The notes beneath the pieces were generated by a model. It had not been told where the DNA came from. It saw only the letters and a program-made list of their open reading frames with translations, and did not search any database. Source: Patescibacteria group bacterium (GTDB lineage Bacteria; Patescibacteriota; Patescibacteriia; Patescibacteriales; JAQTRU01). Taken from it: 64,000 nt of DNA. This document shows positions 43,325 through 53,259 of this stretch, in pieces. Numbering within the stretch: position 1 is the stretch's first letter; the number at the start of each line of letters is the position of its first letter. A program made the translations under genes and the position numbers. The stretch lies in assembly GCA_028711655.1 (NCBI GenBank), contig JAQTRU010000001.1, positions 6,648 through 70,647 on the forward strand. Reading direction: 5' to 3'.

Positions 43325-44494
43325 CTAAGCTTTTCGGAAAGCCAGCCAAATTCCTCCAAGCCCCCACCAAAGCGCGACTAAAGCTAAAATCCAGCCGACA
43401 AAAGGGATGGAAAAAATAAACCAGCAGATGACAATGCCGACAATCATGGCCCAAATTAAAGAATCTTTTTTATTTTTCCAAAATTTCTCCAAAAGATTTC
43501 GCCCAATCATAATACCGGTTAAAATTTTGGCCGCAAAAAGAGCAATTGCCCAAACGCCGAGCAAAAGCAAGGCCAACGGAATACCAATAAAGGTAAATAA
43601 CAATAGAATTGAAATAATTGGAGTTAAAAACATGATTACCGCGCCCCAACCAATAGAAGCCCCAACCTTCTCAAGCATTCTGTCGGTCAGTTCCACAATC
43701 TGTTTGCGCCATAGGCTGATTAAAACCAAACCAATTACCAGGGCGGCAAAAATTGAATATAATCTTCCCCAAAACCAACCGACAAACCTGAATTCCCCTC
43801 CCTTTTCCGCTTTTGGCAAATTATGTTTAATCTCGCCAACCACAAAAGATTTTTCAGAAATATCCGCCTCGTTACTTCCGGTATAAGTTAAATTCCTCCC
43901 GATTTTAGCATTATCGGCAATAATCAAAAGTTCATTTTTGTCGTGATAGCTAATTCCTTTATTTTCCGCGCGTATTTTATCTCTAAGCTTTATTCTTACA
44001 TCCCTGCCTATTTCTCCGGCAATGGTAACTTTAGGACTGGCGCCATATAAATCCTGGCCGACTTTCCCTCTCGCTTCCATTGTGGCTCCGGCAAAAAGCA
44101 TGCTCCAGCCCACCTCCGCATTTTTGTCCAAAATAATAGAAGCGCCAAAAGCATTAACGTTGCGGGCAATCTTACCGCCCAAATTAATAGAATTTCCCGC
44201 CACTCTTAAATTCCCGCCTATTTCGCCCGAGATATTGATTGACTGACCGGCGCAGATAACATCGCCCTCTACTTTCCCGTTGATATTGATTGACTGACCG
44301 GCGCAGATAACATCGCCCTTAATAGTACCGTCAATTGTAATATTGGTCGCAACCGAATATAAACTTCCTTCTATGGTTTCATCTTCCGCAATATAAACTG
44401 AATCGCCGGTTTTAATTGAAAAAGCTTTTACGGCCAAAGGCGAAACCAAAAAGAAAATAAGAGAAAAAATAATAATTAATCTTGTTTTTGTCAT
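43325..44494 (-). CDS. Bactofilin-like beta-helix protein with C-terminal membrane domain
   Basis: Repeated GDVICAGQSINI.G.(V/I) units then multiple TM helices. Confidence 0.8.
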   Translation of the reverse strand: MTKTRLIIIFSLIFFLVSPLAVKAFSIKTGDSVYIAEDETIEGSLYSVATNITIDGTIKGDVICAGQSININGKVEGDVICAGQSINISGEIGGNLRVAGNSINLGGKIARNVNAFGASIILDKNAEVGWSMLFAGATMEARGKVGQDLYGASPKVTIAGEIGRDVRIKLRDKIRAENKGISYHDKNELLIIADNAKIGRNLTYTGSNEADISEKSFVVGEIKHNLPKAEKGGEFRFVGWFWGRLYSIFAALVIGLVLISLWRKQIVELTDRMLEKVGASIGWGAVIMFLTPIISILLLFTFIGIPLALLLLGVWAIALFAAKILTGIMIGRNLLEKFWKNKKDSLIWAMIVGIVICWFIFSIPFVGWILALVALWWGLGGIWLAFRKA

Positions 44495-44554
44495 AATTTT
44501 ATGGTTAAGTGTATAAGTGCTAATATTATATCAAATTTATTATACCAAATTCAC

Positions 44555-46150
44555 ATGCCAGAAGCAATAAAAGAATTACTAAAATCAAATATAAAATCAA
44601 GGGACGAATTAACCGCGGCCAAGAGAAAGGCGGCGAAGCAGTTTAAGATTGGCATTTTTCTTAATTCTGATATTTTAAAGGGATATAAAAGATTAATTAA
44701 GCAGGGAAAAATTAAACCAAAACCGGCCTTGGAAAAAATCCTGCGGAAGAGAACTGTCAGAACTTTATCCGGAATCGCCCCGGTCGCGGTTTTGATAAAG
44801 CCCTACCCTTGCCCGGGCAAATGCGTTTATTGCCCTTCGGAAAAAGGCGTGCCCCAAAGCTATTTATCTAATGAACCGGCCGTCATGCGGGCTATCCGTT
44901 GCAATTACGATCCATACAAACAAGTCCAGTTTCGCTTGCGCGCTTTGGAGGCCAACGGACATGAGCCGAATAAAATTGAATTAATCGTTATTGGCGCCAC
45001 TTGGTCAGTTGTGCCGGAAAAATATAAATACTGGTTTATAGGGGAATGCTTTCGGGCAGCAAATGAATATAATAAAAATAAAAAATTAAAAATAAAAAAT
45101 AAAAAACTGATATCTAATATTAAAATTCTAAAAAAAGAATTAGCTAAAGAACAAAGTAAAAATGAAAAAACTGAATACAGAATTATTGGCATCACTCTAG
45201 AAACCCGGCCGGATTATATTAGCCAAAAAGAACTGTGGCAGATGCGGGAATTGGGTTGTACGCGAGTGGAATTGGGCGCGCAGGCGCTTGATGATAAAAT
45301 TCTAAAATTAAATAAACGGGGCCATGGCGTAGCCGAAACTGTCCAAGCCACAAAGCTTTTAAAAAATTTTGGCTTTAAGGTCACTTACCATATTATGCCC
45401 GGACTGCCTGGCTCCACTCCGAGCAAAGATTTTTTAATGTTTAAGCAACTTTTTTCTGATAAGCGCTTTCAGCCGGACCAGATTAAATTTTATCCTACGG
45501 TCGTCACCCGCGGCAGTCTATTATATAAATGGTGGAAAACGAAAAAATATAAACCTTATACTGATAAACAGCTGCAAAATCTAATTATAAAATGCAAAAA
45601 AATTATTCCGCCTTATGTCCGCATCATCAGGCTAATCCGCGATATTCCGCAGGAATCAATTATCGCCGGCAATCTGATTACCAACTTGCGCCAAATCATG
45701 AAGGACCGGGGCGTGAAATGCGGGTGCATCCGCTGCCGGGAAGCGGGGAATAAGCAATTCAAAATCAAAAATGCAAAATTAACAATTAAAAAATATAAGG
45801 CCTCCGGAGGACAAGAATATTTTATTAGTTACGAAAGTAAAAACAAAAAAACCTTATACGGCTTTTGCAGACTAAGGTTGCCAAATACCGTAAAGACGCA
45901 AGATTTTGCGTCTTTACAAAATTCCGCCCTTATCCGCGAACTGCACGTTTACGGCGAATTGGTTCCGGTTGGAAAAGATAAAATTATCCAGCATGCCGGC
46001 TTGGGCAAAAAATTAATGAAAGAGGCGGAAAAAATCGCCAAGGGTTGCGGATTTAAAAAAATTATTGTAATATCGGGAATAGGAGTTCGGGAATATTACA
46101 AAAAACTTGGCTACAAGTTGGAAAATACCTACATGGTAAAAACTCTTTAA
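44555..46150 (+). CDS. elp3: Elp3-like radical SAM / acetyltransferase (tRNA U34 modification)
   Basis: CPGKCVYCP, ETRPD, RVELG, KFYP, RELHVYG, QHAGLG. Confidence 0.93.
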   Translation: MPEAIKELLKSNIKSRDELTAAKRKAAKQFKIGIFLNSDILKGYKRLIKQGKIKPKPALEKILRKRTVRTLSGIAPVAVLIKPYPCPGKCVYCPSEKGVPQSYLSNEPAVMRAIRCNYDPYKQVQFRLRALEANGHEPNKIELIVIGATWSVVPEKYKYWFIGECFRAANEYNKNKKLKIKNKKLISNIKILKKELAKEQSKNEKTEYRIIGITLETRPDYISQKELWQMRELGCTRVELGAQALDDKILKLNKRGHGVAETVQATKLLKNFGFKVTYHIMPGLPGSTPSKDFLMFKQLFSDKRFQPDQIKFYPTVVTRGSLLYKWWKTKKYKPYTDKQLQNLIIKCKKIIPPYVRIIRLIRDIPQESIIAGNLITNLRQIMKDRGVKCGCIRCREAGNKQFKIKNAKLTIKKYKASGGQEYFISYESKNKKTLYGFCRLRLPNTVKTQDFASLQNSALIRELHVYGELVPVGKDKIIQHAGLGKKLMKEAEKIAKGCGFKKIIVISGIGVREYYKKLGYKLENTYMVKTL

Positions 46151-46164
46151 GGGGAGTGAAAACA

Positions 46165-46260
46165 ATGAAAAAAATTCTCGAAATCATTGGTAAATGCCTG
46201 TACGCAGTTGTTCTTTTCTTCGTTTTAACCTTCAAGGTCTTTATTTGCCCTGAAATTTAA
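46165..46260 (+). CDS. 31-aa membrane peptide MKKILEIIGKCLYAVVLFFVLTFKVFICPEI
   Basis: GGGGAG SD, single hydrophobic helix, terminator 46280-46311. Confidence 0.5.
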   Translation: MKKILEIIGKCLYAVVLFFVLTFKVFICPEI

Positions 46261-46419
46261 TTTCCGGGCAAAAAATTCCAGGCGTCCTGTCCGCAGATCG
46301 GACGCCTTTTTCGTTAAAAATAATTTGACATAAAAAAGCCTAAGTGATAATTTAATATATCAACCTGAAATTATTTCGTCCTTTAAAATAAACTATTCTT
46401 TTAATGAGGGAAAACCACG

Positions 46420-47484
46420 ATGGTTATTCAGAACAGTTTCGTAGTGCTGGGCGGGACCGGCAACCATGATTTAGATAAAGGCATTCTTGCCGTAGTCAAC
46501 GACCTGGCAAGAACGCGCCTATCCTTTCTCCACCTGAACATGGATGATTTTTCCGACGGTGAAGACGATTTCCGAATAACCCATCCGGAAAAAATCGCCG
46601 GTAAGCACGTAATCCTGTTCCAAAGCCTGCATAGCGATTCCCGGCAAAACCTGGAAAGGCAATTTCTTACCCTGGCCTGGGCGGCGAAATTCCAATACGG
46701 GGCAAAGTCCATTGTCGCTGTTGTGCCCTTTATGAGCTATCGGCGCCAGGACCATCCGGAAAAAACGGATGAAATCCACCGCAATCTCTGGCTCTTACAT
46801 AACATGAAAGCTAACGGCGTTGACAAGTTGATTCTCTGTGATATTCATTCCTGTGTCACCCTGGAGAACTGTAAAAAGGTCGGCATTGAAGCCTGGAATG
46901 TTGACCCTTCTGCGGCTTTTGCCGAAATTTTAAAACCGAGGGTTGACCTTTCCCGATCCAGAAGCCAGCCGTTTTTCGTTTATTCTCCCGATAAGGGGTC
47001 AATAAGAAGGGCGGTTTCCCTGGCTAGAGAGTTCGGGGTGCCGGTAATAGTCAGCTTGAAAAATCGCCTTCATGATTGCTCCGTGGCTGCGGAAGAAAAC
47101 CCGGAGAAATTGACGACGATAGAAGTTGAATTGGCTGAACTGCAAGAAAAATTCGGCGTGCCGATCTCTCTGGCCGAAGAAAGCTTGAATGGTGCCAGTA
47201 TTTGTATCCGAGAAGACGAATTGTCCACCGGGGCTACGGCCGTATTGACCGGAAAATCCCTTAAGCAGGCCGGAGCCAAAGAAATTTTCTTCTGCGCCAC
47301 CCATCCGGTTTGCACCAAGGGCTGGAAAAGAAAAATCATTGATAACAACCCTTTTGACGCCATTATTTTGGGCGACACTGTTCCCCGCCCCTACCGCAAA
47401 GAAACCGGCGGCGAAGTAATTACGGTTTCAATGGCGCGAGTTATCGCCAACCAGCTGTTCGTAATAATTATGGACAGCATCTGA
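46420..47484 (+). CDS. prs: Divergent ribose-phosphate pyrophosphokinase
   Basis: FSDGE, PFMSYRRQD, CDIHS, SPDKG, DELSTG, ATHPV. Confidence 0.8.
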   Translation: MVIQNSFVVLGGTGNHDLDKGILAVVNDLARTRLSFLHLNMDDFSDGEDDFRITHPEKIAGKHVILFQSLHSDSRQNLERQFLTLAWAAKFQYGAKSIVAVVPFMSYRRQDHPEKTDEIHRNLWLLHNMKANGVDKLILCDIHSCVTLENCKKVGIEAWNVDPSAAFAEILKPRVDLSRSRSQPFFVYSPDKGSIRRAVSLAREFGVPVIVSLKNRLHDCSVAAEENPEKLTTIEVELAELQEKFGVPISLAEESLNGASICIREDELSTGATAVLTGKSLKQAGAKEIFFCATHPVCTKGWKRKIIDNNPFDAIILGDTVPRPYRKETGGEVITVSMARVIANQLFVIIMDSI

Positions 47485-47578
47485 TCTTTTTAAAAAAGGC
47501 ATCTCTACCCGGGTGCCTTTTTTCTTTTGACAAATTGGGTAGAAATGATAAAGTAAAGACAGGAATTAACTTAAAAAT

Positions 47579-48172
47579 ATGCCTATCAAAAATATCGTTA
47601 ATTTTATCTTTGAATTAAACCAATTAAAACGCCAAAGGCGAAGCGGCTTTCAGTTGGCAGGAATAAAAAATCCGGATACGGTAGCCGAACACGTGATGCG
47701 GGCCGCGCAAATCGGCTACATTTTAGCGGTGATGGAAGGAGACGCTAATCCGGAAAAAGTGGCCGCCATGATTTTGGTTCATGACAATGGCGAAGCTCGA
47801 ATTGGCGACCAAAATAAAGTAAGCGCCCGGTATTTTGACAATAGCCAAGCCGAGCAAGATGCTTTTTGCGATCAGGTAAAAAATCTGGGCGGACAGATTG
47901 AAAAAAAGTGGAAAAAATATTTTTCCGAATTTGAAAACAGAAACACGAAAGAAGGCATTGTCGCCAAAGATGCTGATTGGCTAGAGGTTGCTTTCCAGGC
48001 TAAGGAATACCTTGATTTGGGTTGCCCGTCAGTAGATAACTGGATTAGTAATGTGGAAAAAGCCTTAGAAACAAAATCGGCCAAGGCTTTAATAAAAGAA
48101 ATGAAAAAAACAAAATTCACTGACTGGTGGAAGGGCTTAAAAAAAATGACTTACAAGAAACTTTATAAATAA
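47579..48172 (+). CDS. HD-domain hydrolase (YfbR/5'-deoxynucleotidase-like)
   Basis: LKRQRRSG, TVAEH, VHDNGEARIGD, KDADWLE. Confidence 0.85.
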   Translation: MPIKNIVNFIFELNQLKRQRRSGFQLAGIKNPDTVAEHVMRAAQIGYILAVMEGDANPEKVAAMILVHDNGEARIGDQNKVSARYFDNSQAEQDAFCDQVKNLGGQIEKKWKKYFSEFENRNTKEGIVAKDADWLEVAFQAKEYLDLGCPSVDNWISNVEKALETKSAKALIKEMKKTKFTDWWKGLKKMTYKKLYK

Positions 48173-48183
48173 AAAATAAAACT

Positions 48184-48444
48184 GTCATTGCAAACAACAA
48201 ATTTGTTTCTGTCATTCCCGCGAAAGCGGGAATCCAGCCTGCCTGCCGGTAGGCAGGAATTAGTCCGCAGGAAGTTCGGTTTGTTAAAATTGTGATAAAA
48301 TAAATGTCCTTACCTCTTAACCCTAGATCCTCTGGTCACCGGCCAGCTCCCCCGCCAAGCTTCGCATAGCGGGGCGTGGCGCTAGCGGGGCAGGCAAGCC
48401 CGAAGATGACAAGAGATGAACGGAAGGGAAAAAGCCACAATGAC
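48184..48444. repeat. Composite nested palindromic repeat cluster
   Basis: gtcattg...caatgac enclosing tgtcattcccgcgaaagcgggaatcc...gatgaca, cctgcctgccggtaggcagg and ccccgc...gcgggg. Confidence 0.75.
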
Positions 48445-48573
48445 AAATAAGGGGTCTTTCGGCCTTCTTTTTTTGACAAAATAAGCTATTGGGCTTATCA
48501 TAAAATTACTAACTATTATACTTTAACCTGCGTAAGAACAGGGTATTACCCTGTTCTTACCTAATATAAACCT

Positions 48574-49821
48574 ATGCTATCTTATAAAAATTTATCAAAA
48601 AATGATCCGGAAATATTTTCCGCGGTGAAAAAGGAAATGAAAAGGCAAAGCGAGGAAATGGAATTAATCGCCTCGGAAAATTATGTTTCCAAAGCGGTCC
48701 TGGAAACCATGGGCACGGTCCTAACCAATAAATACAGCGAAGGCTACCCGGGCCACCGCTATTATGGCGGCAACCAGATTATTGACGAGGTAGAAACCCT
48801 TGCTATTGAGCGGGCGAAAAAATTATTTTCCGCCGAGCATGCCAATGTCCAGCCCCTTTCCGGCTCCCCGGCTAACGCCGCCGTTTATTTCGCTTTTATA
48901 AAACCCGGAGATAAAGTTTTGGGCTTAAGGCTTGACCACGGAGGTCATCTTTCTCACGGCCACCCCATAAATTTTTCCGGCATGCTCTATAATTTCGTCC
49001 AATACGAGGTGGACGCCGAAACCGGACGCCTGGATATGGAAAAAGTCAGGGAAGTGGCTTTACGGGAAAAACCAAAAATGATTGTGGCTGGCTACAGCGC
49101 TTACTCGCGAGAAATCGACTGGCAAAAATTTAAGGAAATCGCTGACGAAGTCGGGGCTTTTACTTTTGCCGATATTGCCCATACCGCCGGTTTAATCGCG
49201 GCCGGTTTGATGAACAATCCGGTGCCGATTTTTGATGTTGTCACCACCACCATCCACAAAACTTTGCGCGGCCCCAGGGGCGCCATGATAATGTGCAAGG
49301 AAAAATACGCCAAGCAGGTTAACCGGGCGGTTTTCCCCGGCATGCAGGGCGGTCCCCATGACCATATTCAGGCCGCCAAGGCGGTCGCCTTTGGCGAGGC
49401 CTTAAAGCCGGAATTTAAAGAATACGCTATGCAGGTTATGATGAACGCGAGGATCCTGGCCCGGGAATTCCTAAACATGGGGTATGAAATAGTTTCTGGA
49501 GGCACGGATAACCACCTGATGGTCGTAGACATGACCTCAAAAGGCTTAAATGGAAAAGAAGCCGAAGATATTTTAAATGAAGTCGGAATTTCTGTAAGCC
49601 GCTCTACAATTCCCAATGATCCCAACCCGCCCATGAAGCCGTCCGGCGTCAGATTCGGCACCCCGGCCATTACCACTCGCGGCATGAAAGAAAAAGAAGT
49701 GAAACAAATTGCCGCCTGGGTTAATGAAACATTAGACAATAGAAATGACGAAAAAATTTTGGATAAAATAAAAAAGGAAGTGAGAAAAATGTGCTTAAAT
49801 TTTCCCATCCCAAGCATCTAA
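48574..49821 (+). CDS. glyA: Serine hydroxymethyltransferase
   Basis: LIASENY, NKYSEGYPG, GGHLSHG, TTTIHKTLRGPRG. Confidence 0.97.
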   Translation: MLSYKNLSKNDPEIFSAVKKEMKRQSEEMELIASENYVSKAVLETMGTVLTNKYSEGYPGHRYYGGNQIIDEVETLAIERAKKLFSAEHANVQPLSGSPANAAVYFAFIKPGDKVLGLRLDHGGHLSHGHPINFSGMLYNFVQYEVDAETGRLDMEKVREVALREKPKMIVAGYSAYSREIDWQKFKEIADEVGAFTFADIAHTAGLIAAGLMNNPVPIFDVVTTTIHKTLRGPRGAMIMCKEKYAKQVNRAVFPGMQGGPHDHIQAAKAVAFGEALKPEFKEYAMQVMMNARILAREFLNMGYEIVSGGTDNHLMVVDMTSKGLNGKEAEDILNEVGISVSRSTIPNDPNPPMKPSGVRFGTPAITTRGMKEKEVKQIAAWVNETLDNRNDEKILDKIKKEVRKMCLNFPIPSI

Positions 49822-49932
49822 ATATATTTATTACAAATACACAAATATTATCACAAATAACACAAATAAAAAAAGATGCTGTATAAAATTTGTGAATTTG
49901 CGTTTTGATTTGTGAATTTGTAATTATATTTT

Positions 49933-50802
49933 ATGCCCGCAAAAATAATTGACGGCCAGATCCTGGCGAAAAAAATTAAAGACCAGCTCGTAAAAGAAAT
50001 CCTTAAACTTAATGATAACAAGCCGGATTGCCAAAAACGTCCCAATCTGGCAATTATTTTAGTTGGGGACCGGGAGGATTCAAAACTTTATGTTGGCCTG
50101 AAAGAAAGAGAAGCAAAAAAAGTTGGAATTGATACTCATATTTACAGATGCCCGGATAACACAGAAGAAAAAAAAATTTTAGAAACCATAGAATGCTTAA
50201 ATAAAGATAAATTAATTGACGGAATTTTAGTCCAGCTCCCCCTGCCTGTTGGTTTTGACACTAATAAAATCATAAAAACGATAAATCCGGAAAAGGATGT
50301 GGATTGCTTCCATCCGGAAAATTTAAAGATAATTTTAGGAAGCTGCCGCCATAATCATATTTTATCACCTGTTTTTTCGGCCGTTCTGGAAATGTTAAAA
50401 AACATTAATTGCCAGTTAAAAGGCAAGCAAGTTTGTATTATAGCCAACTCGGATATCTTTGGTAAAAGTTTAGCTAAAATTCTTGAGTGCCAAGGAGCAA
50501 AAGTGAAAATCGCCAAGGCCAACGACCAGAACCTGGCCAGCAAGACAAGCCAAGCCGATGTTTTAATTACGGCGATCGGCAAGCCAAGGTTTATAAAAAA
50601 AAATATGGTAAAAAAAGAAGTGGTGGTGATTGATATAGGCATAACAAAAGAAGGTGAAAAAGTTTGCGGCGATGTTGACTTTGCCGAAGTTAAAAATAAA
50701 GCTGGTTATATTACGCCTGTGCCGGGCGGTGTTGGGCCCTTGACTATAGCCATGCTATTTAGAAATACTCTAGAGTTATACAAGAATAAAATAACAAAAT
50801 AG
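49933..50802 (+). CDS. folD: Methylenetetrahydrofolate dehydrogenase/cyclohydrolase
   Basis: GILVQLPLP, PEKDVD, TPVPGGVGPLT. Confidence 0.95.
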   Translation: MPAKIIDGQILAKKIKDQLVKEILKLNDNKPDCQKRPNLAIILVGDREDSKLYVGLKEREAKKVGIDTHIYRCPDNTEEKKILETIECLNKDKLIDGILVQLPLPVGFDTNKIIKTINPEKDVDCFHPENLKIILGSCRHNHILSPVFSAVLEMLKNINCQLKGKQVCIIANSDIFGKSLAKILECQGAKVKIAKANDQNLASKTSQADVLITAIGKPRFIKKNMVKKEVVVIDIGITKEGEKVCGDVDFAEVKNKAGYITPVPGGVGPLTIAMLFRNTLELYKNKITK

Positions 50803-50903
50803 CTTAAATAATAAAATATTAAAATAATATGAAAATAAAATAAAAAGATAAGAAGTGCTATTTTTAAATTATTTTATTATTTTTTTATTTTATTTTTAAA
50901 ACC

Positions 50904-52181
50904 ATGAACCAATACGAACAATGCTTGGAACAGCTTGATAGAATCTGCGCCATTATAAAAAAAATGGAAAATGCCAGCGAAGCGGCGGAACTTACTTCCC
51001 GAGAAGCGGAAATTTTAAAGCATCCCAACCGAGTAACCGAAGTTTCCATTCCGGTTAAAATGGATAACGGGGATTTAAAAATTTTTACCGGCTACCGCGT
51101 CCAACATTCAAACGCCCGCGGTCCTTATAAGGGCGGAATCCGTTTTCATCCCCAGGTTGACTTGAATGAAGTTAAATCTCTGGCTTTCTGGATGACGATA
51201 AAATGCGCCGCTGCGGATATCCCCTACGGCGGAGCTAAGGGCGGCATAACCGTCGACTCAAAAAATTTAAGTGCAGGAGAACTGGAAAGATTAACCAGGG
51301 GATATGTCCGGGCCATTGCCAATATTGTCGGACCGGATATTGATATCCCGGCTCCGGACGTTTACACTAATCCGCAGATTATGGCTTGGTTTATGGATGA
51401 ATACAGCCGAATCCAAGGCAGAAACATGCCGGCCGTGGTTACGGGCAAACCGGTTGAAGTCGGCGGCTCCTTAGGCCGGGACAACGCCACGGGTCAGGGC
51501 GGATTTTATGTTTTAGAAGAGGTCTTAAAAAAAATCCAAAATTTTTCCGGCGGGGGAAATAAAAAAGATATCACCATTGCTGTCCAAGGTTTTGGCAATG
51601 TCGGTTTGAATTTTGCCAAAATAGCCCATGACGCCGGTTACCGGGTCGTAGCTGTTTCCGATTCAAAAGGCGGAATCTATAATGAAGAAGGCCTTGATAT
51701 TGAAAAAGTCATAGAGCATAAAAACGCCAACGGCTCGGTTCTTGACTTCCCCGGCGCCAAAAATATTTCCAACGAAGAAATTCTAACTTTGCCCGTGACA
51801 ATTTTAGCCCCAGCCGCTTTTGAAAATGTTATTACTATGGAAATGGTTAATGATATAAAAGCCAAAATCATCCTAGAACTAGCCAACGGCCCGATGAAAA
51901 TAGAAGTAAGCGAAGCTTTGGCGGAAAAAGATATTTTAATTATCCCGGATGTTTTAGCCAATGCCGGCGGCGTAATTGTTTCTTATTTTGAATGGGTGCA
52001 GAATCTCCGGCAGTATTACTGGGAATTGGAAAAAGTGCAAAGCCGGTTAAAAGAAAAAATAACCCAAGCCACCAGTTTAATTTGGGAAACTAAAGAAAGA
52101 TATGGGGTGGATATGCGCACCGCCGCCTATATCGTAGCGGTGGAAAGATTGCGGAAAGCCATAAAGATGAGAGGCATCTAG
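50904..52181 (+). CDS. gdhA: Glu/Leu/Phe/Val dehydrogenase (glutamate dehydrogenase)
   Basis: GPYKGGIRFHP, GGAKGG, DIPAPD, QGFGNVG, NAGGVIVSYFEW. Confidence 0.93.
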   Translation: MNQYEQCLEQLDRICAIIKKMENASEAAELTSREAEILKHPNRVTEVSIPVKMDNGDLKIFTGYRVQHSNARGPYKGGIRFHPQVDLNEVKSLAFWMTIKCAAADIPYGGAKGGITVDSKNLSAGELERLTRGYVRAIANIVGPDIDIPAPDVYTNPQIMAWFMDEYSRIQGRNMPAVVTGKPVEVGGSLGRDNATGQGGFYVLEEVLKKIQNFSGGGNKKDITIAVQGFGNVGLNFAKIAHDAGYRVVAVSDSKGGIYNEEGLDIEKVIEHKNANGSVLDFPGAKNISNEEILTLPVTILAPAAFENVITMEMVNDIKAKIILELANGPMKIEVSEALAEKDILIIPDVLANAGGVIVSYFEWVQNLRQYYWELEKVQSRLKEKITQATSLIWETKERYGVDMRTAAYIVAVERLRKAIKMRGI

Positions 52182-52240
52182 CCACGGACTTATGCGGACT
52201 GACGCGGACTCAAGCGGAAATTAAAATAAAAAAGCCCGGC

Positions 52241-53113
52241 CTAAACGGCTGGGCTTTGCGTTTTTAAAAAACTCCTTACAATTTTTTGCGGACGAAGGGG
52301 ATAACAGAAAAAAACACTCACGAAGACGGTTGCGTCTGCTCCGGCATCAAAAAATTCTTGGCAATCATCCGCGGTATAAATTCCGCCTCCTCCGAATATC
52401 GGAATGCAGATTTGCGGCCGGACTTTTCTAATAACCTCCAAAGCGATTGGCTTGATAGCGCGTCCGGAAAGCCCGCATTCGCCGAAACCGAGTACAAATT
52501 GAGGAACGGTATTTATCAGGCTGACGGCGTTAAACCCGCACTTTTCCGCAATTATCACTCTTTCAATAATATCTCCGGTCGGACCGAATTTGGCGATAAG
52601 CGGATGTTGGCTGAATTTCCTGGCTTCTCTCATAAAATCTTCTATTATCCGCAAATCATCTCGGGATAATATTTTGACATGCGGACAAGAGAAATTAATT
52701 TCAATCGCCAAGATATTAAGAGGGTTCAGCATTTCCAACATCCACAACAAGCTTTTGATATCTTTTAAATCAAAAACACCGATTGAAACTACTAGGTTTT
52801 TCAGCCCGATTCCGGGATAAAGAGAAATGAATTTATCAAGGCCGAAATTATTCCAGCCGAACCGGTTTAGCCATCCATTCTCCGCCGGACGCAAAACTTC
52901 CCACGGTTTCCACCAGCGATAATTCCCCTTCCATGGAGGCAAGGTGAGGGTTTTCGTAATTACTGCTCCGAAAATTTCCCAATTCATCAAATGAAAAAAA
53001 CATAATAAAAAACTTAACGGATTTTCATACAGCTCGTATCCCAAGCCATACTTAGCCGGTCCGGAACCGACAATAAAACGATTCTTCATTTTTATGCCGT
53101 TCAAATCTATCAT
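52241..53113 (-). CDS. pyrD: Divergent dihydroorotate dehydrogenase (family 1)
   Basis: KTLTL..WKGN, EINFSCPH, LINT, GLSGRAIKP, GGGGI. Confidence 0.8.
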   Translation of the reverse strand: MIDLNGIKMKNRFIVGSGPAKYGLGYELYENPLSFLLCFFHLMNWEIFGAVITKTLTLPPWKGNYRWWKPWEVLRPAENGWLNRFGWNNFGLDKFISLYPGIGLKNLVVSIGVFDLKDIKSLLWMLEMLNPLNILAIEINFSCPHVKILSRDDLRIIEDFMREARKFSQHPLIAKFGPTGDIIERVIIAEKCGFNAVSLINTVPQFVLGFGECGLSGRAIKPIALEVIRKVRPQICIPIFGGGGIYTADDCQEFFDAGADATVFVSVFFCYPLRPQKIVRSFLKTQSPAV

Positions 53114-53259
53114 GTCGCCCTCTCTTTTTTTTGTAAAAAGAACCAAAATTGCCTCCTCTTTCCTAATCTGCTAATATTAAGTTAGTTTAATAGAAAAATT
53201 TTGTCAACAGGAGAATGGCTAAGTATAATTTGTAAATTTGTAAAAGATTTGTAATTTGT

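Noticed and set aside
44231-44319. 38-nt direct repeat as a mobile element end
   Set aside because: It is an in-frame duplication of a beta-helix unit (51-nt period) in the bactofilin-like gene.
48184-48570. ZTP or other riboswitch upstream of glyA
   Set aside because: No recognisable aptamer consensus; the structure is explained by dispersed repeats.
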